Shown here in pieces: positions 53,635 to 62,643 of a stretch of DNA of 64,000 bases (positions are counted from its first letter, which is position 1; the number at the start of each line of letters is the position of its first letter). The notes beneath the pieces were generated by a model. The model ran no database searches. It was not told the DNA's origin and saw only the letters and a program-made list of their open reading frames with translations. This DNA is from Clostridia bacterium (GTDB lineage Bacteria; Bacillota; Clostridia; Oscillospirales; Acutalibacteraceae), in assembly GCA_017467405.1 (NCBI GenBank), contig JAFTSH010000001.1, positions 229,542-293,541 on the forward strand, in the 5' to 3' direction. The position numbers were made by a program, and so were the translations under genes.

Positions 53635-53664
53635 AAACCGCCCCGATTTTTCGGGGTGGTTTTT
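53635..53664 (+). terminator. Intrinsic terminator after P5
   Basis: Stem AACCGCCCCGA/TCGGGGTGGTT followed by TTTT. Confidence 0.8.
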
Positions 53665-53699
53665 CCGTCCTGCGTTACGGGCACATTTTTAAAAATATC

Positions 53700-53735
53700 T
53701 TTACTTTAAGGCCGAAAAGAAATATAATATTTCTT
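53700..53735 (+). promoter_or_regulatory. Promoter candidate for the carboxypeptidase gene with overlapping 19-bp perfect palindrome
   Basis: TTTACT (53700-53705), 17-nt spacer, TATAAT (53723-53728). The palindrome AAGAAATAT-A-ATATTTCTT (53717-53735) covers the -10. Confidence 0.4.
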
Positions 53736-53772
53736 AAGTAACGCGAGCTTTCGCAGAAAGGGGAGAACGCAA

Positions 53773-54954
53773 ATGGAACGAATCGGCTCTCGGTTGATCC
53801 GCGCGGCGGCTCTTTCGTGCGCTTTGCTTTCCGTTTTCGTTCTGCTTTCGGGAAGTATTTCGGGTGCTGAGCCGACTCCTCCGACCGTGATGAACGGCGG
53901 ACCTTCCGTCCTTACCGGAGCCGTTGTTTCAAAGCCTCAGACGCAGTTTACGGATACGTCCTCCGAACTTACTTCAAGCGACACCTCCTCGGACGTGACT
54001 TCTTCGGGTACGTCTTCGGACGCGGTATCGTCGTTGCCAGTGCCTTCGGGTGAAAATCCGTCGTCTTCACAGTCTTCTTCATCCTCCGAGCCTGCCGATG
54101 AGGGCTATACCGTTGAGGCAAAATACGCAGGCCTTTTTGACGCCGATACCCTGACGCCGCTATATTTGAAGGCGGCCGACAAAAAGATCTATCCCGCCAG
54201 CCTCACCAAGCTTATTACGGCCTGCACCGCGCTGCGGTACGTTTCGGACGATACCGTTTTTACGGTTGGCACCGAGCTTTCACTGGTAAAATCGGGCTCA
54301 AGCCTCAGCAAAATAAAGAAGGGACAAAGTCTTACCCTCTACGAGCTGCTCTGCGGAATGCTGATATCCTCGGGTAACGACGCGTCGTATACCGTGGCCG
54401 TCAACGTCGCCCGCGAGGTCTCGGGAGACGAGAATATGAGCGACAAGGACGCGGTAAGCCTCTTCGTCGCCCTGATGAACAAGTACGCGCAGGAGATCGG
54501 TGCCACCGACACCAATTTCGTCAACCCCGACGGCTGGGACAATAAAAAGCAGCTCACAACGGTGATAGATCTCGCAAAGATCGCCGCACATTCAATGAAA
54601 ATACCCCAGATCAGCACCATCGTGGCTATTCCGAAAATGGTAAAGACCTTCGAATCGGGGAAGCCGCTTACCTGGAAGAATACCAACCTGCTGATACACA
54701 GCGACAGCGAATATTACCTGCCCGAGGCGACAGGAATGAAGACCGGCTCGACCGATTCGGCAGGAAGATGCCTGATTGCCACCGTGACGCTGGAGGGCAA
54801 GAAATATATAACTATCGTCGCAGGCTGTAAGAGCGATGCGTTGCGCTATACCTCGACGCTGGCGCTGGTTGATTTGCTAAGGCCGGATCCCGTGCCCGAC
54901 ACCGATAAGGACGGCCAGAGCTCGTCCTCTCAAAGTAACTCGTCTGAAGAATAA
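53773..54954 (+). CDS. D-alanyl-D-alanine carboxypeptidase (serine peptidase S11, PBP5-like)
   Basis: A signal peptide, a Ser/Thr-rich linker, and the active-site motifs SLTK (SxxK), SGN and KTG (MKTGST). Confidence 0.88.
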   Translation: MERIGSRLIRAAALSCALLSVFVLLSGSISGAEPTPPTVMNGGPSVLTGAVVSKPQTQFTDTSSELTSSDTSSDVTSSGTSSDAVSSLPVPSGENPSSSQSSSSSEPADEGYTVEAKYAGLFDADTLTPLYLKAADKKIYPASLTKLITACTALRYVSDDTVFTVGTELSLVKSGSSLSKIKKGQSLTLYELLCGMLISSGNDASYTVAVNVAREVSGDENMSDKDAVSLFVALMNKYAQEIGATDTNFVNPDGWDNKKQLTTVIDLAKIAAHSMKIPQISTIVAIPKMVKTFESGKPLTWKNTNLLIHSDSEYYLPEATGMKTGSTDSAGRCLIATVTLEGKKYITIVAGCKSDALRYTSTLALVDLLRPDPVPDTDKDGQSSSSQSNSSEE

Positions 54955-54996
54955 AAAGCACCTATGATACGGAGTCCGTACCATAGGCGCTTTTTC
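54953..54996. terminator. Bidirectional terminator between convergent genes
   Basis: A long imperfect stem GCACCTATGATACGG/CCGTACCATAGGCGC flanked by AAAAA and TTTTT. Confidence 0.7.
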
Positions 54997-55003
54997 TTTG
55001 GGT

Positions 55004-56362
55004 TCAGTTTTTGAGGCTCTGTATCGGAGCGGGGATGCGTCCGCCGCGCGAGATGAATCGGGCGGGAGAGGAGGTGTTGACCTTCATTATCGGGCCGCTT
55101 CCGAAAAGTCCGCCGAACTCAAGCTCCTCGCCGGCCTTTTTGCCGACGGCGGGAACCACCCTGACGGCGGTGGTCTTGGAGTTTATCATACCGATGGCCG
55201 CTTCGTCGGCGATTATGCCCGAAATGACCTCGGCAGGGGTGTCGCCGGGGATTACTATCATGTCCAGACCGACCGAGCAAACGGCCGTCATGGCTTCTAA
55301 CTTTTCAATCGAAAGATGTCCGCCGCGTGCCGCCTCGATCATTCCCGCGTCCTCGGATACGGGGATAAAGGCTCCCGAAAGTCCGCCTACGTGGGAGGAG
55401 GCCATTACGCCGCCCTTCTTGACGGCGTCGTTGAGCAGTGCGAGGCAGGCGGTGGTGCCGCAGGCTCCGCAGTTCTCAAGGCCCATTCCCTCAAGTATGC
55501 GTGCGACCGAGTCGCCGACGGCAGGGGTGGGCGCAAGGCTGAGGTCAACGATTCCGAAGGGCACGCAGAGCCTTTTGGAGGCTTCTTTGGCAACGAGCTG
55601 TCCCATTCGGGTGATCTTGAAGGCGGTGCGCTTTACGATGTCGGCGATAGCTGTGATGTCACAGTCACCCGCCTTCTGAATTGCGGCGCTGACGACACCG
55701 GGGCCCGAAACTCCGACGTTTATCACGCAGTCGGGCTCGCCGACTCCGTGGAATGCACCCGCCATAAAGGGATTGTCCTCGGGAGCGTTGCAGAAGATTA
55801 CCAGCTTGGCTGCGCCCATGCAGTTGCCGTCCTTCGTGAGCTCGGCGGCCTCCTTGACCACCTTGCCCATTTTTGCGACGGCGTCCATGTTGATTCCCGC
55901 CTTGGTCGAGCCGATGTTTACGCTCGAGCAGACGTGTGAGGTCTCGGCAAGTGCACGGGGAATGCTTTCGATCAGACCGTAGTCGCCCTTTGAAAAGCCC
56001 TTGTGTACGAGTGCCGAGTATCCGCCGATAAAGTTCACTCCGACCGCCTTTGCCGCCCTTTCAAGGGTGTGGGCGAATTTTACGGGATCCTGCGAGGGGC
56101 AGGCCGCCGCCAGCATTGCGATTGGGGTGACCGAGATGCGCTTGTTTATTATGGGAATACCGTATTCCTTCTCGATGTCGTTACAGACCGGAACGAGGTT
56201 TGCGGCGTAGCGCGTGATCTTATCGTATATTTTTTCGCAGGCACGGTCAATGTCGGAATCGGCACATTCAAGCAACGAAATTCCCATCGTAACCGTGCGG
56301 ATGTCCAGATGTTCGTCCTGGATCATCGTGATGGTTTCAAGAATATCTCCTATATTGATCAT
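55004..56362 (-). CDS. UPF0210 (DUF711, PFL-like) family protein
   Basis: 452 aa. The N-terminus [27 protein letters not shown] is typical of UPF0210, and the gene is paired with an upstream small ACT-domain gene, as in many Firmicutes. Confidence 0.8.
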   Translation of the reverse strand: MINIGDILETITMIQDEHLDIRTVTMGISLLECADSDIDRACEKIYDKITRYAANLVPVCNDIEKEYGIPIINKRISVTPIAMLAAACPSQDPVKFAHTLERAAKAVGVNFIGGYSALVHKGFSKGDYGLIESIPRALAETSHVCSSVNIGSTKAGINMDAVAKMGKVVKEAAELTKDGNCMGAAKLVIFCNAPEDNPFMAGAFHGVGEPDCVINVGVSGPGVVSAAIQKAGDCDITAIADIVKRTAFKITRMGQLVAKEASKRLCVPFGIVDLSLAPTPAVGDSVARILEGMGLENCGACGTTACLALLNDAVKKGGVMASSHVGGLSGAFIPVSEDAGMIEAARGGHLSIEKLEAMTAVCSVGLDMIVIPGDTPAEVISGIIADEAAIGMINSKTTAVRVVPAVGKKAGEELEFGGLFGSGPIMKVNTSSPARFISRGGRIPAPIQSLKN

Positions 56363-56371
56363 GTGCTTCTC

Positions 56372-56641
56372 CTAAATCCTGTGCATCGAATTGAAAATAT
56401 CCTCGTGCATTACGCGGATGGACAGACCGAGCTTATCTCCCAGTGCCGAAAGCTCATCCGAAAGCTCGGTGAAAGCAACCGTCATGTCACTGATGTCCGC
56501 CAGCATCGTCATGGCGAAAACGTCCTGCAGAACCGACTGAGTCACCTCGAGAATATTTGCGTTGTGCTGAGCACATACGGTCGACACCTTGGCGAGAATT
56601 CCAACCGTGTCCTTACCGATTACCGAAATTATGACCTTCAT
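56372..56641 (-). CDS. ACT domain-containing protein (UPF0237)
   Basis: 89 aa. MKVIISVIGKDTVGILAKVSTVCAQHNANILEVTQ is the ACT fold signature. GGGAGG RBS. Confidence 0.85.
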   Translation of the reverse strand: MKVIISVIGKDTVGILAKVSTVCAQHNANILEVTQSVLQDVFAMTMLADISDMTVAFTELSDELSALGDKLGLSIRVMHEDIFNSMHRI

Positions 56642-56814
56642 CTTAGGCCTCCCATGAAAATCCGCGCCAATCCGGTCGGCGCGTTAATATCCCGTATAAC
56701 GGTTTCAAGTAATTATACCACATCTTTACAGAAAAACATAGAAAAAATAAAAAATATCTTTTAAAAAAAGAAAGTATGTGATATATTATTATAAAAACGG
56801 CTCGGAGGCAGGTT

Positions 56815-57624
56815 ATGGATAAGCGAATACTCTTTGATATGCACACCCACAGCGACAATTCCCCCGACGGAGAACATTCGGTCACGCTTATGTGCGAAAA
56901 GGCCATTGAAAAGGGTGTTGATATTCTCGCCATTACCGACCACTGCGAGTGCAACGCCTACCGTGAGGATCACTACGACAGATCGTCGAAGCAGTCTTTT
57001 TTTGAGATCAGCAAGGCACAGGCCGTTTTCGGTAACCGCATAAGGCTTCTGCGCGGTGTTGAGCTCGGACAGCCTACTCAGGATATACTCGCCGCCGAAA
57101 CCGCCGTAAGATCGAACGACTACGACTTCGTCCTCGGAAGCCTTCACAATAACGCGGGAAGACGGGACTACTACTATCTCGACTATTCCGAGGAAAACGT
57201 CGACAAGCTTCTCGATGAGTATTTCGACGAGCTTTTTCAGCTTGTTACGTGGGGAGGCTTCGACAGCCTTGCGCACCTGACCTATCCGATACGCTACGTC
57301 ACGGGACGCGAGGGGATAGCGGTAGATCTTTCAAAATGGAGCGGGGCTGTCGACGAGGTGCTCCGCCTGCTTGCACAGAAGGGCAAGGCGCTTGAGATCA
57401 ATACGTCCTGTCTCAAGATGGATCCGCCCTTCACGATGCCCGGATACGATCTCATCTCAAGATTCCGTGAGCTGGGCGGCGAGCTGATAACCATAGGCTC
57501 CGACTCTCACACCGCCGACGGAATATATTACGGAATCGACGAGGGACGCGAGATAGCAAAAAGGGCAGGCTTTGAATACGCCGCCGTATTTGTAAAACGC
57601 CGTCCCGAAATGATAAAGCTTTGA
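56815..57624 (+). CDS. PHP-domain phosphatase (histidinol-phosphatase HisJ family)
   Basis: FDMHTHSDNSPDG, ITDH and GSDSH metal-binding motifs; 269 aa. Confidence 0.8.
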   Translation: MDKRILFDMHTHSDNSPDGEHSVTLMCEKAIEKGVDILAITDHCECNAYREDHYDRSSKQSFFEISKAQAVFGNRIRLLRGVELGQPTQDILAAETAVRSNDYDFVLGSLHNNAGRRDYYYLDYSEENVDKLLDEYFDELFQLVTWGGFDSLAHLTYPIRYVTGREGIAVDLSKWSGAVDEVLRLLAQKGKALEINTSCLKMDPPFTMPGYDLISRFRELGGELITIGSDSHTADGIYYGIDEGREIAKRAGFEYAAVFVKRRPEMIKL

Positions 57625-57634
57625 GGAGAAAGAT

Positions 57635-58459
57635 ATGACCGTTAAAGCATATGCAAAAATCAATCTGACACTTAATATTCTCGCCAAAAGAGAGGACGGC
57701 TTTCACGGCCTTTCCTCGGTTATGCAGACGGTGTCCCTCTGCGATATAATACGTCTCGAAAAGGGCAACGAGGTGCTCGTGGCCTGCGACTGTCCCGAGA
57801 TAGATCCGGGGAAAAACATCGCCTTTGCGGCGGCGAACGCCTTTTTTGAGGAGACCGGAATAAAGGGCGGAGCGTACATAGACATCGAAAAGAACATCCC
57901 CCTTGCCGCAGGTCTCGGCGGCGGCAGTGCTGACGCCGCGGCGGTGCTCAACGGACTCAACGACCTCTACTCGGCAGGACTCGACTATCACAGGCTGCGC
58001 TGCATTGCCGAAAAGATCGGCGCCGACGTTCCTTTCTGCATCGAGGGCGGACTTGCGCTGTGCGAGGGCAAGGGTGAGAAGATAACCCAGCTTGATCCAA
58101 TGCCCATAACCGCCGTCGTTATCGTCACAGAGGGAGTAAAACCCTCTACGGGTGAGATGTACGCCGAGCTCGACCGCAGAGGTTGTGCTTCCTTCAAGTC
58201 TGACGAGGCGATGCTTTCGGCGGCGAATATCTGGGAGATCGGCGAGCGTCTTTCAAATGACTTTATGCCCCTCTGGGAGGGTACCCCTGCCGAGAATAAT
58301 ATCGCAATAATGAAGGAGTTCGGCGCGGTGGGTGCTTCTCTTACAGGAAGCGGTCCCTCGGTCTTCGGACTTTTCGAGGATTGGCAGGCGGCTCAGGATT
58401 GCCACGACGCATTCTGCCGCCGGGGAGTCGAAAGCCATCTTTGCTCGACCACGAGGTAA
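57635..58459 (+). CDS. ispE: 4-(cytidine 5'-diphospho)-2-C-methyl-D-erythritol kinase
   Basis: AYAKINLTLNI N-terminus and GHMP motif PLAAGLGGGSADAAAVL. Confidence 0.9.
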   Translation: MTVKAYAKINLTLNILAKREDGFHGLSSVMQTVSLCDIIRLEKGNEVLVACDCPEIDPGKNIAFAAANAFFEETGIKGGAYIDIEKNIPLAAGLGGGSADAAAVLNGLNDLYSAGLDYHRLRCIAEKIGADVPFCIEGGLALCEGKGEKITQLDPMPITAVVIVTEGVKPSTGEMYAELDRRGCASFKSDEAMLSAANIWEIGERLSNDFMPLWEGTPAENNIAIMKEFGAVGASLTGSGPSVFGLFEDWQAAQDCHDAFCRRGVESHLCSTTR

Positions 58460-58526
58460 CTTTTCGGAAAACTGAATAAAAAATCTGCGATCCGTCCAAA
58501 TTCTAACCGAAAGGACGGATCGTTTT

Positions 58527-59135
58527 ATGTCACGAAGATTTACTGTCAGGGTTATTGCCGCGGCGCTCGCGTTGCTTGTTGCATCGGTCGCGTTTCTGGT
58601 ATATTTCGAGAACAGATGTGCCGACCTGAGGGCAAACGTATTGCGGCTGCATATTCTGGCCCACTCCGACAGCGAGTACGACCAGAGCATGAAGCTGCTC
58701 CTGAGGGATATGATCGTTTCAAAAAGCGGTGAGCTTTTTGCCGACTCGTCCGATAAGGAGGAGGCGATGCTGTCGGCCGAAAGCAGACTCGGTGAGCTCG
58801 AAGAGCTTTGCGCCGATACCCTGAAAGAGGCAGGGTACGCGAAGACGGTCAGCGTTTCGTTGGGAAAAAGTATCTTTTCGACCCGTACCTACGGGGAATA
58901 TACCCTTCCGGCAGGTGAATACGATTCCCTTATCGTGAAAATCGGCAGTGGCGAGGGAAAGAATTGGTGGTGCGTTCTCTTTCCGTCGATATGCTTTCCC
59001 GCCGCATCCGAGGTAACGGAGGAGCCGGACGAATTCGGCGAGGACGGAGAGCTGGTCAGGCAGGAGGATATCGAATACCGCATCGGCTTCAGACTCGTTG
59101 AGATCTATTGGAAGATACGCGGCCTTTTTGAGTAA
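58527..59135 (+). CDS. spoIIR: Stage II sporulation protein R
   Basis: An N-terminal TM, RLHILAHSDSEYDQ and GEGKNWWCVLFPSICF are hallmark SpoIIR blocks. Confidence 0.88.
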   Translation: MSRRFTVRVIAAALALLVASVAFLVYFENRCADLRANVLRLHILAHSDSEYDQSMKLLLRDMIVSKSGELFADSSDKEEAMLSAESRLGELEELCADTLKEAGYAKTVSVSLGKSIFSTRTYGEYTLPAGEYDSLIVKIGSGEGKNWWCVLFPSICFPAASEVTEEPDEFGEDGELVRQEDIEYRIGFRLVEIYWKIRGLFE

Positions 59136-59277
59136 AAGAATAAGAATTTATTTTCAGACGCCGTGCCCCTCGGGACACGGCGTCTTGTACTGTCCCTTTG
59201 TAGGTACGGCGGTTTCTTGACAAACACCCTCGCTTAATGTATTATTATTTCAAGCTGTATTACAGGGAGGGAAAGCT

Positions 59278-62200
59278 ATGCTCAGACTCATACTCGGCCG
59301 CGCCGGAAGCGGTAAGACCGAATATGCAAGAGGCCTGTTAAAGGAGCTTGCCCAAAAGGGCGAGAAGGGTCTTTGTCTTATGGTGCCCGATCAGTATTCC
59401 TTCGAGAGCGAAAGAGCAATGCTTTCACTGCTCGGCGCTTCGTCTGCCCCTCTGGTCGAGGTCTTCGGCTTTTCGCGGCTTTGCGAGAACGTCTTCAAGG
59501 AGTACGGCGGCGCCGCCACCCCGAGACTCGACGACTGCGGACGCACCGTTATTATGCGGCGTGCCCTCAGGGAGTCAACCGACAGACTGTCGGTATATAA
59601 AAGATTTGCCGACAGCGATTCCTTTACCGCGCAGGTGCTCTCCCTCGTTACCGAGCTTAAGCGCAGTGCGGTTTCCGCAGACGATCTGACCGACGCTGCA
59701 CAAAGGCTCGGGGACGGAATGCTCGCCGCAAAGCTCAGGGAACTTTCGGTGATTTCGTCCGCCTATGACGCTCTTGCAAACGGGTCGGCCGTCGATCCCG
59801 AGGATGATCTTGACCGCCTTTACGAGAAGCTGGTGCGGCACGGATATTTCAAAAACAAAAAGGTCGTATTCGACTCCTTTAAGGGCTTTACGGGCCAGCA
59901 GATAAGAATAATCGGCGTTATCTGTGCGCAGGCCGACGAGGTCTATATAACCCTGCCCTGCGATTCTCTTGCCGACGCCTCCCGTTCGGCAGGACTCTTT
60001 TCAAACGTCGGCGAAACGGCTCTGCGTCTGATATCTCAGGCGCAGAAGGAGGGCGTCGCGGTCGCTTCCCCCGTAGAGCTCGGAGAGCCAAAGAGATTCA
60101 GGTCGGCTTCTCTTGCCGCGGCAGAGAGCGGAGTATTCCGTGCCGCAGGACACGAAAAGGCCGCTTCGGACGGTGCGGTTGAGATCTGGTCTTCCGTGGA
60201 TCCCGCGGCAGAGGCGGATTTTGCCGCAAGACGGATAGTTTCGCTTATCAGGGAAGAGGGCTTCAGATGCCGCGAGATCGCCGTCATAGCCCGTGAAGAG
60301 GAACTGTGCCGACGCGTTTCGGCTCTGCTTGACAGCTATTCGGTGCCCTGCTTTACCGATCGCAGGATACCCCTCAGATATTGTCCCCCCGCAAGACTTT
60401 GCAGCCACGCTCTGGGATACCTGCGTGCCGCGCTTTCGGATTCGCGCAGCTATAACGGCACCGAGTTGCTTTTCAGGGCACTTAAAACGGGGCTTTGTCC
60501 CATCTCTTTTGAGGAGCTTACCGACGCCGAGAGCTATATGCGTCTGTGGAAGCTTCCTCCTGCCGCGTTGATGCGCGAGTGGACCTACGATCCGCGCGGT
60601 TTCGACTCGGCGGGTGAGGATGACCGTGCCGAAAAGCTGCTCCGTCTCAACGCCGTAAGGCTGAAGATACAAAAGATTTTTACCCCCCTCGTCATAAAGG
60701 GCCGCAAGGCCGTCACGGGTGCGGATTGGTCCGAGATGCTCTGGAGCTTTCTCGTTTCCTGCGGTGCCGACGAAGCACTCAGAAAAACGTCGCAGGAGGC
60801 CGAAGCGGCGGGTAACGCACCGGAGGCGCAGTCGCTGACCGGCTCGTGGGACGCGCTTATGTCGGTGTTCGATCAGCTTGCGGCGGCACTGCCCGAGGAA
60901 ACCTCGCTCAAGGAATATACCGATATGTTTTCTCTCGCCGTTTCGTCGGCCGCCTTCGGTGCGATTCCGCAGGGAATCGACGAGGTCACGGTCGGCACCG
61001 CAGAGCGTATGCGCCCCGCGTCCCCCCGTGCCGTCATCATACTCGGCGCAAACCGCGGAGTTTTCCCCGCGTCGGTTACCGACGGCGGACTTCTTACCGC
61101 TTCGGACCGCTCCTCGCTTATCGAGGGCGGACTCAGAATATCGGACCGTGCCCTCAGCGACGCGGTCGAAGAACGCTTTCTTGCTTATACCGCTCTTTCG
61201 GCGGCTTCCGAAAGGGTGATAGTTTCATGTTCCTCGCTTTCTTCGTCGGGGGAGGAGATATTCCCCTCGCAGATCGTTACGGATCTTCTGAAGCTTATTG
61301 ACGGTCTTGAGGTGCAGGACTCCGCCCTCGCCTTTGCCGATCCCTCTTCGACGCCCGAGCTTGCCGCGGCACAGATATCCGCACTCGGCCCTGCGCTCGA
61401 CGGCTTTGCAGCCGAGATAGCGGGAGGCAGCGTCTTCGGGCGCTCGCTCGTTGAGGCTTTGTCAAGACTCGGACGCGCCGACAGGGCAGAGCCCCTGCTC
61501 GAAGCCTCAAAGGGCTTCCCCCTCAGCATTTCACCCGAATCGGCAAGGCTTCTTTACGGCGGAGATATCAGAATATCTCCCTCAGCCGCCGAAAACTATT
61601 TCAGATGTCCCTTCAGATATTTCTGCAGAAGCGGTCTCGGTGCGGGGGCACCCTATTCTGCCGAGATCGATTCCCGTCACCGAGGTACGGTGGTGCACTA
61701 CGTCCTTGAGCAGATGATCTCATCCCGGGGCTCGGCCGCCTTCAGCAGGCTCACCCCCGACGAGCGCAGGAGCGAAACGGAATATTGGCTGAACAAATAT
61801 CTCGACGAGGTGCTGTCGGGTGCCGAGGGTAAAAGCGCAACCTTCTTAAGACAGTATTCCGCGATAGGAGAAATGCTGCTCGACATTGAGGAGAACATGG
61901 CGGGCGAGTTTGCCCAGAGCCGCTTTGAAACCTGTTACTGCGAGCTGGGCATCAACGACGGTGAAAAGGCCGTGCCGATGCGCATCAGGCTTTCGGACGG
62001 CAGCAATATAATGGTCAGAGGCGTCGTTGACCGTGTCGACAGCTATGAGAGCGGCGACAGCGTATACGTCCGTGTCGTGGATTACAAGACGGGCAAAAAG
62101 GAGCTGAAAGCGGCCGACGTCGCACAGGGACTCAGCCTTCAGATGCTCATCTATCTGTTCACGATGGAGGAAAACGGACAGCTTTTCAATAATAAAAGGG

Positions 62201-62643
62201 TGGTTCCCGCCGCAGTGCTCTATATGCCTGTGCGCAGTGCCGTGCCCGTCGAGGGCGAGAAGAAGGACCGCATGAGCGGACTGATGCTAAACGATAGCGA
62301 ATTTATCTCGGCACTCGGCCCCGATTCAAGCAAATATTTCAATATATCCTTCTATCCCAACGGCAGACCCTACCGCAACGATTCGTTGGTTGACAAAGAG
62401 GTTATGGACGCCGTGAAGGAGCGTACCCGCGAGCTTCTGAGCAGCATGGGAGAGGGACTCAAGGCGGGTAATATTGCCGCAGATCCTCTCGACGGTGAGG
62501 AGCACGGCGGTTGCGATTACTGCGACTATGCGGCGGCCTGTCCGCTTGCGGCGGACGCCGTCCACAGAAGCACCGAAAAGATGAAATTCAGCCGTCTTGC
62601 GGAGTGCTTCGGTACCGGGAAGGAGGACAGGGACGATGGCTGA
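59278..62643 (+). CDS. addB: Helicase-exonuclease AddAB, subunit AddB
   Basis: 1121 aa with N-terminal GRAGSGKT and a C-terminal RecB-type nuclease carrying Fe-S cysteines (FRCPFRYFC ... GGCDYCDYAAAC, i.e. C-x2-C-x5-C). Confidence 0.92.
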   Translation: MLRLILGRAGSGKTEYARGLLKELAQKGEKGLCLMVPDQYSFESERAMLSLLGASSAPLVEVFGFSRLCENVFKEYGGAATPRLDDCGRTVIMRRALRESTDRLSVYKRFADSDSFTAQVLSLVTELKRSAVSADDLTDAAQRLGDGMLAAKLRELSVISSAYDALANGSAVDPEDDLDRLYEKLVRHGYFKNKKVVFDSFKGFTGQQIRIIGVICAQADEVYITLPCDSLADASRSAGLFSNVGETALRLISQAQKEGVAVASPVELGEPKRFRSASLAAAESGVFRAAGHEKAASDGAVEIWSSVDPAAEADFAARRIVSLIREEGFRCREIAVIAREEELCRRVSALLDSYSVPCFTDRRIPLRYCPPARLCSHALGYLRAALSDSRSYNGTELLFRALKTGLCPISFEELTDAESYMRLWKLPPAALMREWTYDPRGFDSAGEDDRAEKLLRLNAVRLKIQKIFTPLVIKGRKAVTGADWSEMLWSFLVSCGADEALRKTSQEAEAAGNAPEAQSLTGSWDALMSVFDQLAAALPEETSLKEYTDMFSLAVSSAAFGAIPQGIDEVTVGTAERMRPASPRAVIILGANRGVFPASVTDGGLLTASDRSSLIEGGLRISDRALSDAVEERFLAYTALSAASERVIVSCSSLSSSGEEIFPSQIVTDLLKLIDGLEVQDSALAFADPSSTPELAAAQISALGPALDGFAAEIAGGSVFGRSLVEALSRLGRADRAEPLLEASKGFPLSISPESARLLYGGDIRISPSAAENYFRCPFRYFCRSGLGAGAPYSAEIDSRHRGTVVHYVLEQMISSRGSAAFSRLTPDERRSETEYWLNKYLDEVLSGAEGKSATFLRQYSAIGEMLLDIEENMAGEFAQSRFETCYCELGINDGEKAVPMRIRLSDGSNIMVRGVVDRVDSYESGDSVYVRVVDYKTGKKELKAADVAQGLSLQMLIYLFTMEENGQLFNNKRVVPAAVLYMPVRSAVPVEGEKKDRMSGLMLNDSEFISALGPDSSKYFNISFYPNGRPYRNDSLVDKEVMDAVKERTRELLSSMGEGLKAGNIAADPLDGEEHGGCDYCDYAAACPLAADAVHRSTEKMKFSRLAECFGTGKEDRDDG

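Larger units (their letters stand above)
46905..53664 (+). repeat. Tandem segmental duplication: four ~1.6-1.7 kb units (promoter + 501-codon lipoprotein gene + terminator)
   Basis: P2-P5 coding regions align end to end. Identical nucleotide tracts are shared, for example ACCACCGACGGTATGAACCCGACCTACACCTTCAACACC in P2, P3 and P4. Confidence 0.85.

Noticed and set aside
42948-53664. Reading the island as a standard carbohydrate ABC importer operon or a polysaccharide utilisation locus.
   Set aside because: The island and its flanks contain no permease, ATPase, glycoside hydrolase or regulator gene, so the standard annotation does not explain it. It is kept as an open finding instead.
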